Below are positions 41,870 to 52,908 of a stretch of 64,000 nucleotides of DNA, in pieces (positions within the stretch are counted from its first letter, which is position 1; every line of letters starts with the position of its first letter). A program made the translations under genes and the position numbers. The DNA is taken from the NCBI GenBank assembly GCA_965235115.1, contig OZ249436.1, positions 21,206,001-21,270,000 on the forward strand, in the 5' to 3' direction. Below the pieces are notes generated by a model, which saw only the letters and a program-made list of their open reading frames with translations, did not search any database and was not told the DNA's origin. The stretch is from Laetmonice hystrix. Taxonomy: Eukaryota.

Positions 41870-43133
41870 AACATCTCGAGGACCGTGTTTGTATTGGTGC
41901 TGAAAGTCCCTGCTCTATAACATCTCGAGGACAGTGTTTGTATTGGTGCTGAAGGTCCCTGCTCTATAACATCTCGAGGACAGTATTTGTATTGGTGCTG
42001 ATGAAGGTCCCTGCTCTATAACATCTCGAGGACCGGGTTTGTATTGGTGCTGATGACGGTCCCTGCTCTATAACATCTCGAGGACCGTGTTTGTATTGGT
42101 GCTGAAGGTCCCTGCTCTATAACATCTCGAGGACCGTGTTTGTATTGCTGATGAAGGTCCCTGCTCTATAACATCTCGAGGACCGTGTTTGTATTGGTGC
42201 TGAAGGTCCCAGCTCTATAACATCTCGAGGACCGTGTTTGTATTGGTGCTGAAGGTCCCTGCTCTATAACATCTCGAGGACAGTGTTTGTATTGGTGCTG
42301 ATGAAGGTCCCTGTTCTATAACATCTCGAGGACCGTGTTTGTATCTCTGCTGAAGGTCCCTGTTCTATAACATCTCGAGGACCGTGTTTGTATTAGTGCT
42401 GAAGGTCCCTGCTCTATAACATCTCGAGGACCGTATTTGTATTGGTGCTGATGAAGGTCCCTGCTCTATAACATCTCGAGGACCGTGTTTGTATTGGTGC
42501 TGATGAAGGTCCCTGCTCTATAACATCTCGAGGACCGTGTTTGTATTGGTGCTGATGAAGGTCCCTGTTCTATAACATCTCGAGGACCGTGTTTGTATTG
42601 GTGCTGATGAAGGTCCCTGTTCTATAACATCTCGAGGACCGTGTTTGTATTGGTGCTGATGAAGGTCCCTGTTCTATAACATCTCGAGGACCGTGTTTGT
42701 ATTGGTGCTGATGAAGGTCCCTGCTCTATAACATCTCGAGGACCGTGTTTTTATTGGTGCTAAAGGTCCCTGCTCTATAACATCTCGAGGACCGTGTTTG
42801 TATTGGTGCTGATGAAGGTCCCTGCTCTATAACATCTCGAGGACCGTATTTGTATTGGTGCTGATGAAGGTCCCTGTTCTATAACATCTCGAGGACCGTG
42901 TTTGTATTGGTGCTGAAGGTCCCTGCTCTATAACATCTCGAGGACCGTGTTTGTATTGGTGCTAAAGGTCCCTGCTCTATAACATCTCGAGGACCGTGTT
43001 TGTATCTCTGCTGAAGGTCCCTGTTCTATAACATCTCGAGGACCGTGTTTGTATTGGTGCTGATGAAGGTCCCTGTTCTATAACATCTCGAGGACCGTGT
43101 TTGTATTGGTGCTGATGAAGGTCCCTGCTCTAT
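41870..43133. repeat. 49/52-bp minisatellite, ~25 copies
   Basis: Unit AACATCTCGAGGACCGTGTTTGTATTGGTGCT(GAT)GAAGGTCCCTG(C/T)TCTAT. Confidence 0.97.
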
Positions 43134-43216
43134 AGCCTGCGGTCCCAATTACCGGTCACGTGCGGGAGGATGGCGGGGTCAGCGTCCTAGGGAGTAGTCA
43201 TCAATCCTAACATTGC

Positions 43217-44296
43217 TAACAAGTCAGTGGGAGGGAGGGGCTCGGTAACAAGTCAGCGGGAGGGAGGGGGCTCGGTAACAAGTCAGTGGGAGGGGGCTCG
43301 GTAACAAGTCAGTGGGAGGGAGGGGGCTCGGTAACAAGTCAGCGGGAGGGGGCTCGGTAACAAGTCAGTGGGAGGGAGGGGGCTCGGTAACAAGTCCGCG
43401 GGAGGGAGGGGGCTCGGTAACAAGTCAGCGGGAGGGGGCTCGGTAACAAGTCAGTGGGAGGGAGGGGGCTCGGTAACAAGTCAGCGGGAGGGAGGGGGCG
43501 GGAGGGGGCTCGGTAACAAGTCAGCGGGAGGGAGGGGGCTCGGTAACAAGTCAGTGGGAGGGAGGGGGCTCGGTAACAAGTCAGTGGGAGGGAGGGGGCT
43601 CGGTAACAGGTCAGTGGGAGGGGGCTCGGTAACAAGTCAGCAGGAGGGGGCTCGGTAACAAGTCAGCGGGAGGGGGCTCGGTAACAAGTCAGTGGGAGGG
43701 GGCTCGGTAACAAGTCAGCGGGAGGGGGCTCGGTAACAAGTCAGCGGGAGGGAGGGGGCTCGGTAACAAGTCAGCGGGAGGGAGGGGGCTCGGTAACAAG
43801 TCAGTGGGAGGGAGGGGGCTCGGTAACAGGTCAGTGGGAGGGAGGGGGCTCGGTAACAGGTCAGTGGGAGGGGGCTCGGTAACAAGTCAGTGGGAGGGGG
43901 CTCGGTAACAGGTCAGTGGGAGGGGGCTCGGTAACAAGTCAGCGGGAGGGAGGGGGCTCGGTAACAAGTCAGCGGGAGGGAGGGGGCTCGGTAACAAGTC
44001 AGCGGGAGGGAGGGAGGGGTCTCGGTAACAAGTCAGCGGGAGGGAGGGGGCTCGGTAACAAGTCAGCGGGAGGGAGGGGGCTCGGTAACAAGTCAGCGGG
44101 AGGGAGGGGGCTCGGTAACAAGTCAGCGGGAGGGAGGGGGCTCGGTAACAAGTCAGCGGGAGGGAGGGGGCTCGGTAACAGGTCAGTGGGAGGGGGCTCG
44201 GTAACAAGTCAGCGGGAGGGAGGGGGCTCGGTAACAAGTCAGCGGGAGGGAGGGGGCTCGGTAACAAGTCAGCGGGAGGTGCAGGCTCGGTAACAA
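43217..44296. repeat. G-rich 26/30-bp minisatellite, ~37 copies
   Basis: Unit GTAACAAGTCAG(C/T)GGGA(GGGA)GGGGGCTCG. Confidence 0.97.
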
Positions 44297-45339
44297 ATCG
44301 AGCGATGGAAGAGCTTCGATGTTAAACTTCATCATGGCCTGTATCATGGCCATTGCCACCACTTGACTAGTCCCATGCAGATCCCAATCTCCGCCGAATT
44401 GATCTTTTGGTTTCTCATACACTATATATTCTTCAGGGAGGTATACATTCCGGGATCTGCGACAACTGTAGTTATATAATACCGGAATATATAATACTGC
44501 ATCGATTGAATATTAAATGTTACAAGGTCTATCTCTCTCTCCCTCTCTCTCGTGAAGAAAGCACAAAATATCTTTTCAAACTGACTCTGACACCTATAAT
44601 TCGTGATTTCGTTGAATTTTTTTTGAGGAGAACTAAGTTTGTATTAATTATGCGGTGTGGATAGAACTAGAGAAGTATAGATTGGCTGATGTATTAGCAC
44701 GTGTGTAAATGTTTGAGTGGCTGTGATACCAACGAGGATGCGGACATTTGAATATGTATAGATCTATGAGTCTGAACATGGAGAAATGATAAATGAAATC
44801 TGCATGGATCGATGCGAACTCTCAGTTACGAAGTGCCTCCTGCGTATTAATAATCGAATACATAGATAAATGCCCGTTCCACTAAAAACCAGTTATCGTA
44901 TCCCCACCAACAAATAACTACGGTGTACGTATCCACACAAAGGCTTCTACGTGTACTTTTACTCCATGGTATTCACGTGCGCTGCATGAGTCGTGCAGAA
45001 TGTGGAGCTCGGCAAATTAATGTCTGACATGAAACGTTTAATCATGCACGTTTGGCATGCATGTTACCATCATGTCGGACTCTGCTCTCTGCGCGCTCCG
45101 ACAAATTGGCAGCAGGCGTTGGCAGAAATGATGACCAGTGATTTCTACAGGACGAGTGTAGATCACCGGACGGCAGCGCCCTCTGGGTGTAGATAAGGAG
45201 TGGTGCTGGGAAGGTTTGGGTGACGTAGACATGGTTCGAGCACGTGTTAATATCTGTCTTAAAGAGCTCCATCTAGAGGCTGTTTTAGAAACCCCGCGGT
45301 CTATACGTCACTCGACCCCCACATGACTTCCTGTATATA

Positions 45340-45722
45340 CAGGGTGTCCCCCCAAAAATGTCCAAGCCAAACTATAGGCAACCTCAAAACCTATGTTCCA
45401 CCATATCCTGATAGGGAATCTTCTTACATGAAAAATAGTCTTAATTCATCAAAATCAGTCAAGCAAATCAAAAGTTATGCCGTTTTTGGTGGAGCGAAGT
45501 ATTTGTCTCTTTTTACAGTGGCCAGTTCTAGCTGTCAGATAATGAGATCTGCCTAATGAACTAGGGTGTGACTTTGCTGCACTAAAAGTGGCATAACTTT
45601 TGATTCTCTTGACTGGTTTTGATGAAATAAGGACTGTTTTTCATGTAATATTTTCCCCATCAGGATCCGGGGAACATAGATTGTTAAGTTGCCTGGTGCC
45701 CCATTTTTGGGGGGACACCCTG
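45340..45722. mobile_element. Tc1/mariner-type MITE with TA TSD
   Basis: TA-CAGGGTGTCCCCCCAAAAATG ... CATTTTTGGGGGGACACCCTG-TA; inverted similarity extends ~160 bp (ATCAAAAGTTATGCC / GGCATAACTTTTGAT; TTACATGAAAAA / TTTTTCATGTAA). Confidence 0.93.
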
Positions 45723-48657
45723 TATAGGTGATAGGACTAACATAAAAAGATAAAATTTGGTTAACGTCAGACATAAGAATTAGATACATTGAAAAATAGG
45801 CGGGTCAGGATTTAACGCCTGTTAGCCCCTGAAATAGTGGAACCTATATCTTGAGTGTTCACAATCCATGGTTTGTTATGGCCTGTAGTCAAAACGCGTT
45901 GATCCTTTATTCTTTCTTCAATCTATATATAGTACACACAGAAATCTGGACATATTTCCCGACGACCTTATACCATTCACTTGATTTAAAATGATATTCA
46001 GTAATCACAATCTAAACATTAATGGGCACAAAGCTGGTCGGATAATCAAGGTGGGACTGTTTCACTATATATCACTAAATCTAGCAGTCGAAACGGATAT
46101 TACGGTCAGAGCGAGTTTGACGTCTGCGAGTGTTGTCTGTGAGGTCGACTCCCTTTGAGGCTCACAGACATGGCACTTCCAATTCTCTCCTATACACTGT
46201 GGTCGAGTAACGACTTCGTGTCGGGAGGTCATAAAGTAATGATAAAAAGAATGTCGAATACAAAAGAATTGAAACATTTCCAGCATGCTGTAGCTGGCAG
46301 GTAATTGTTTGGAAGTTGATTGTCCATTGACCGCGTCCAGACCTATAGACGGCCGGCAGGTGCGCAGGTTAACTGGCGTTTGGGATTTGTAGTGGTCAGT
46401 GGGTTCGAATGTCAACCTGGTCTATTGTCTGATGTGGCACGATAGGCCAGGTCAACCAACCAACCCCCCTCCCCCGGGGCACGTCTGGCTACACAAACAC
46501 ATCACTCTTTCATTGTATATAAACAGCCAGGAGATAAGACCTGGCACATGCGGACCAAACCAGCAACGCAAATCGATGAGCAGCTATTATCTGCAATCTT
46601 CGAAATTCGAAGCGAATTACGGTTTGTCCTGCCTTCCAAATGCATGAAATATATGGGGTGTATACGATTTAGCTTTAAAAAAATATGTAAATTTATATCA
46701 TATATCAACGTTAGAAGGAACATTTTACTATGATGCTAATTCAGGGCACCTCCAAGATAGGGTTGAAGGGCTTTTTTATGTATAGACCTATCATTTGAAA
46801 ATATCACAATTGATTCGAGTTCTGTAGGTGAGAAATGTTTTACGTGTGTAACTATCTTTGTCGGGTGAACTCCGAGAGAGTAGAAGGGCACGTGAAGTCA
46901 GCCAACCATTCAGTTGCGCGCACAATAAATAGAATTGGCGATATAGGGGCTGGAACCACCTGCTCAGCTGGGGGATCATATCCATGGCAATGTCACTGGG
47001 GCTCGACACGGTCACACTGAAATCACTCGCATGGGGCATTAACGAATTCAAACGTCTAATCGTTGACGGAACCATTGTGTTGTGTAAATGGGGTGCGGGG
47101 GAGCGAGATGGTGTCACCAACAGTGGATATGACACCTCGGGAGGTATAGAGGACTAGATCCCCACACCCACCCACAGACACACACCCAACGGTCGTAAGA
47201 CAGGGCAGGTGGACCGTCACGCTGTGCTAACTCTTGGACAGACAGTAACGGTTGGAAGAGAGTGAGTTTTGATCTTGGTGGATACTGTTGACCGCTGGCA
47301 TACACCAACCACACACACAGCTCAACCGTCTTTGACAGCTGCAGACACATATTGTCGTCAGACTGACCCTACAAACGGCCCACACACAGACAATATCTAC
47401 GCTTCTCTATTCGCCAAGTCTGTTTCATCATACATAGTGTTTATCATCATACATATTATCATCATTATGTTTATTAGGGTAAATATTACGAGTGACAAGT
47501 TTATGTTTATCTCCACCACCTTTTTGATAATATCCCACAATACTTTTAACTTTGTTACACACCTGTACCTGATTCCATTAAAGTGCTATACAACTTCCTC
47601 TGTATAGTGGCGGAAGGGGAGGGGGTCGCATATAAGAGAATAAAATAAAAAATATATAAAGATAAAGTGTAAGATGGAACTGTGATGTCCGTTCCAGGCA
47701 TGACAAAATAATATACATTGTATTGACATCTGATCAATGGTGGTTCAGCGTGATGAGAGAGATATGAGAGAGACAAACAGAGACAGATAGAGACAGACAG
47801 AGACAGAGAGAGAGAAAGCCAATGTAAAGTGTGTCCGCCTGGTTTGCGATGTCACACAGCGTGGTAGCTTTAAGCGCACCTGTCCATTTGTCCGTGGGGA
47901 CGTCCGACATCTCGTTGACGCCGACAACTGACACTGGTGTCAGCACCGACACGTGCCTGTAATAGGTAATTTATATTGCCTCTGACACTAATTTATACCA
48001 CAGTGACCCCGCCAAATACATAATTCAAACGAAAGTGTTCTGCCCTTTCCTAGGAGTCCCAGAACCCCTGTGGTTTCACACGGTCGCCTTAACACTGATC
48101 TGACCCTAGCGTTCATACACCCCAGCCCTGACCCGACTGGTAATGTGGAAATAATGGCGCAATGATTCGATACTGTTTTGGCTGCGGCAGCACACACAAG
48201 GGACTGACTTTTCATTTTAATTACATGTGAATCGTTTCCCACTACCGGCCTCGGCAGTGACAAGATTGGGAGGTCTACCTGTTTTCCTCATTAAGGTTAC
48301 AAAAGAAACTTGAGTTAACTGACCAAAATTATCGTATGATTTCTCATTTTACATGTAAATCGATAGTTTTGAGTTGGCCTACTAATTTAGATATACGGCT
48401 TTATGATCAACTTTGCTGACTTTACTTTTATTTCTGTTCCACCCATTAAAATGGTGTATTTTACTTAAATATACGTAAATATATCAGGGTGATTGTTCCC
48501 TGGAACCCGCTCCTTCAAATGTCTTATCTGTAAAATACACGTAGTGCGACTATATCCGTATCGTCGAGTTCCTGAAACATTCACATTTTTGCGGGATCAG
48601 AAAAAGTATACATTAATATAAATTATTTTGTATAGATGACCCAATCTTGCTGTATTT

Positions 48658-49123
48658 TACGAAGCTGTATTGGGCCATGGCAAAAAAGATCACAAAAAAG
48701 TCTAACCCGTACGTACGACGTAGTAACCCGTACGTACGACTTAGTAACCCGTACGTACGACTTAGTAACCCGTACGTACGACTTAGTAACCCGTACGTAC
48801 GACTTACTAACCCGTACGTACGACTTACTAACCCGTACGTACGACTTACTAAACCGTACGTACGACTTACTAACCCGTACGTACGACTTACTAACCCGTA
48901 CGTACGACTTTTAGTAACCCGACTCTTTGTGTTTACTGTGAAAAAAGTCTAACCCGTACGTACGACTTAGTAACCCGTACGTACGACTTACTAAGTCGTA
49001 CGTACGGGTTACTAAGTCGTACGTACGGGTTACTAAGTCGTCCGTACGGGTTACTAAGTCGTACGTACGGGTTAGACTTTTTTGTGTGTTTTTTTTTTGC
49101 CATGGCCCTAATACAGCTTCGTA
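48658..49123. mobile_element. Foldback-like non-autonomous element with modular TIRs and 6-bp TSD
   Basis: Ends TACGAAGCTGTATTGGGCCATGGCAAAAAA / TTTTTTGCCATGGCCCTAATACAGCTTCGTA; GTATTT on both sides; 21-bp modules TAACCCGTACGTACGACTTA(G/C), 10+2 forward and 4 inverted. Confidence 0.88.
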
Positions 49124-50155
49124 GTATTTCATATGAATGTTCTTTGTTTACAATATATACTGATCCATACATGATCAAAAGAGCAGACATATTTCTTGGC
49201 TTTCCCGGCTAAACCTTGCCGTCGTAGTTTTCATTAAGTTGTTTGTAGTTAAAAGTAACCTTAAAGCAGTCGAATGCGGCTTTGAATACGAGATATCATT
49301 AGATACAGCCCCCTGGGTCCGGCCCGTGGTTTGGCATAAAGAGCACCTTATTAAGTCGATGTGGGAATCGAACTGCCTCCGCCTGCTCCCACAAAACTAG
49401 GCGGGAGGGAATTAGGAGAATATGGTTCCAGCGAACTAAATATGCTCGCTGCGTTCATTTACTTGGCACTGGCCTTTGAAGAGTTGTTTTCACCGCAGGC
49501 GATACAAATGAATCTGCAAACTTGAAACTCGGAGACGGGTTATACGTGGACTCAGGATCCGTGTTGGTCTCATATTATGATGAGGCGTGGGGCGGGGAGG
49601 AGGCACGGTGCAATCACGCCTCCTGCAATCATTCAGGAGGCGTGACGACTGATGAATGAATTGCATTTCAACGTTTTCACTGTACAGGAAACAGGACGAG
49701 AGGCAAAAGCCGCGCGCGCTGGAAGCATTAACTCCATAAAAACAAGAGCCTGACACCATTAGCGATAATAGACAGCTTGGCATTACACTGTGATGCATTG
49801 CCGATGGCAGTGACGCTGCGACAGCTAGGGAATGGAGAAAAACGTATTTCTTTGAACAAGTGTTTATTCATTTATCTGTTTTGAAAGTGAGGTTGACCAC
49901 AATAGTTGTTGATAACAATCGATTTTACCTCGGCTTGCCTGGAGGTTGTGTTGTTTTGGCCCAGCAAAATTGATACCAATCCTTGATTTTACCCAACATA
50001 TTTCATTATCATTATTTATTTTTTTATTTTACATGTATGTCTCGGTTGATATTCTAATAGTTTTCAAAAAATGTTCATTACACTGAGAGACAATTGATTT
50101 GATGTTTTAGTAGACTTGCATTTACATCCTCAGATTGTGTCGGTGTGTGCGTGTG

Positions 50156-51344
50156 CATGTTTGTGTTGTATGAGGGTGGGGGTCCATGTTTGGGTTGTAC
50201 AAGGATGGGGGGTCCATGTTTGGGTTGTATAAGGGTGGGGTCCATGTTTGTGTTGTACAAGGGTGGGGGGCCCATGTTTGTGTTGTACAAGGGTGGGGGT
50301 CCATGTTTGGGTTGTACAAGGGTGGGGGTCCATGTTTGTGTTGTACTAGGGTGGGGGGTCCATGTTTGTGTTGTACAAGGATGGGGGGTCCATGTTTGTG
50401 TTGTATAAGGGTGGGGTCCATGTTTGTGTTGTACAAGGGTGGGGGTCCATGTTTGTGTTGTACGAGGGTGGGGGTCCATGTTTGTGTTGTACAAGGATGG
50501 GGGGGCCATGTTTGTGTTGTACAAGGGTGGGGGGGGGGTCCATGTTTGCGTTGTACAAGGGTGGGGTGGGGGGCCATGTTTGTGTTGTACAAGGGTGGGG
50601 GTCCATGTTTGTGTTGTACAAGGGTGGGGGCCCATGTTTGTGTTGTACAAGGGTGGGGGTCCATGTTTGTGTTGTACAAGGATGGGGGTCCATGTTTGTG
50701 TTGTACAAGGGTGGGGTCTATGTTTGTGTTGTACAAGGGTGGGGCCCATGTGTGTGTTGTACAAGGGTGGGGGTCCATGTTTGTGTTGTACAAGGGTGGG
50801 GGTCCATGTTTGTGTTGTACAAGGGTGGGGGGTCCATGTGTGTGTTGTACAAGGGTGGGGGTCCATGTTTGTGTTGTACAAGGGTGGGGGTCCATGTTTG
50901 TGTTGTACAAGGGTGGGGGGTCCATGTTTGTGTTGTACAAGGGTGGGGTCCATGTTTGTGTTGTACAAGGGTGGGGGTCCATGTTTGTGTTGTACAAGGG
51001 TGGGGTGGGGGAGCCATGTTTGTGTTGTATGAGGATGGGAGTCCATGTTTGTGTTGTACGAGGGTGGGGTCCATGTTTATGTTGCACAAGGATGAGGGGT
51101 CCATGTTTGTGTTGTACACGGATGGGGGCCAATGTTTGTGTTGTACAAGGGTGGGGGCCCATGTTTGTGTTGTACAAGGGTGGGGTCCATGTTTGTGTTG
51201 TACAAGGGTGGGGGCCCATGTGTGTGTTGTACAAGGGTGGGGGTCCATGTTTGTGTTGTACACGGATGGGGGCCAATGTTTGTGTTGTACAAGGGTGGGG
51301 GCCCATGTTTGTGTTGTACAAGGGTGGGGTGGGGGAGCCATGTT
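50156..51344. repeat. G-rich ~29-30-bp minisatellite, ~40 copies
   Basis: Unit CCATGTTTGTGTTGTACAAGGGTGGGGGT with variable G-run length. Confidence 0.97.
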
Positions 51345-52460
51345 TCATCAGTGAACCGAAACCGATCGAGTGGCGGAAGAGAAATGGCAACCAGCTCGGG
51401 GTGTGAGGCTATATTAGATGTGGGAGTTGACTGATGAGGCTTGGGGCTGTTGGTGTCGAGTGGGGCCGCTCAAACTAATGTGGCGTCGGCAGAACCAGCT
51501 TTAGCGGCCAATAAAACAACATGTTTGGGAATATGGGAGATGTGGCAATATTTGTTTCCAGCGATCATACATCAGGAGGTGGCCGCCCTCGCCGCTCCTA
51601 TCGCGCTGGTCTCTGCCACCAGGGGGCGTATCTGTCATCATGGCTTTCGAATAATCACTGGAAAAAATATTAGGAAATGCATTCAATACACTACAAATAT
51701 ACACAGGAGAGTAGGCGTGTTTCACGATGGTCCGTGCATGTGTAAAATGGATGCGGAGACCGGGTTGTGATGTACATTTAAAGGTACAGTTCGTGGAACA
51801 CGGATTGGTTGGTCTATCTAATAGTGTAAATTGACCCTAAATATAAATTCTTACCGGCGGCATTCTAACTTGGCGTCATATTCTGATATAAGCTGTCCCA
51901 TGATTCCCCCCAACTGTACGCAAAGTCATGTTATTGTGTACACCAGCATATTAAATAGAAAACACGCGCTTCTCTGCCATCCATGCTTTGCAATGATCAG
52001 AACAACATGGCGCGAAAAAATATATTCAACCAAATCTGCCGAATCTAATGGGGCTTGTTAAGAAAAGTTGATTTTTGACGGAAAATGACAATAATCCTGC
52101 GCTCTTTGTTATTCTATCAATTTCCACGAAAGACCACATCATCAAAACAGTAACAGAAGTTGTCTTTGTTATTTTCTACCGAAATGACGGATGCATGTAT
52201 TTATTTATGTCCATGTATTCTTATCATTAGTACTTAGCAAATATACCATGAAATTGTATGATATTGTGCTTTGATGGTGGATTTTTATTCTCCTATTTTT
52301 AACCTTGCTAGGTTGTTTGTCTGAAGACTGATTTATTCATGATTAAATATCAGGTGAGAACTGAGTGCACGTTTTTAAATCTTTGATTCTCTAACCTCTG
52401 CACAGACCTGATATCGAATTCATATTTTAAATACGGTAGGCATATATATATATTATATAA

Positions 52461-52908
52461 TGACACAACGGTTCCATGAACTACTGTCATCGTTGGCAAG
52501 CTTTCACTCACCACCACAACTTGTTAAAGGGACAATTCGTTTGACATGGTGAGTATGAACGAAGTTTTTATAGTGACATAACGGTTCCATGAAGTACTGT
52601 CATCGTTGGCAAGCTTTCACTCACCACCACAACTTGTTAAAGGGACAATTCGTTTGACATGGTGAGTATGAACCAAGTTTTTATAGTGACATAACGGTTC
52701 CATGAGATACTGTCATCGTTGGCAAGCTTTCATTCACCACCACAACTTGTTAAAGGGACAATTCGTTTGACATGGTGAGTATGAACCAAGTTTTTATAGT
52801 GACACAACGGTTCCATGAAGTACTGTCATCGTTGGCAAGCTTTCATTCACCACCACAACTTGTTAAAGGGACAATTCGTTTGACATGGTGAGTATGAACC
52901 AAGTTTTT
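52461..52908. repeat. 113-bp tandem repeat, 4 copies
   Basis: Units start at 52462, 52575, 52688 and 52801 (GACA(C/T)AACGGTTCCATGA...GTTTTTATAGT). Confidence 0.96.

Noticed and set aside
41870..43133. CTGATGA followed by a GGTCC...GGACC stem in the 52-bp units, as satellite hammerheads
   Set aside because: No GAAA after the stem (GTGT instead), no helix I/III, and many units lack the GAT.
47152..47174. GGACTAGATCCCACACCCACCCA resembling miR-279
   Set aside because: Several mismatches and no complementary arm to form a pre-miRNA hairpin.
48703..49073. AACCCGTA in the 21-bp module matching the miR-100 5' end
   Set aside because: Only 8 nt match, and it sits in a transposon module; most likely coincidence.
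49355..49385. GGGAATCGAAC (reverse B-box) as a tRNA or SINE
   Set aside because: No cloverleaf or convincing A-box; the motif is too short to call.
50078..51406. 300-420-aa ORFs on both strands
   Set aside because: Read-through of the ~29-bp array with frame-shifting G-run variation; no coding constraint.
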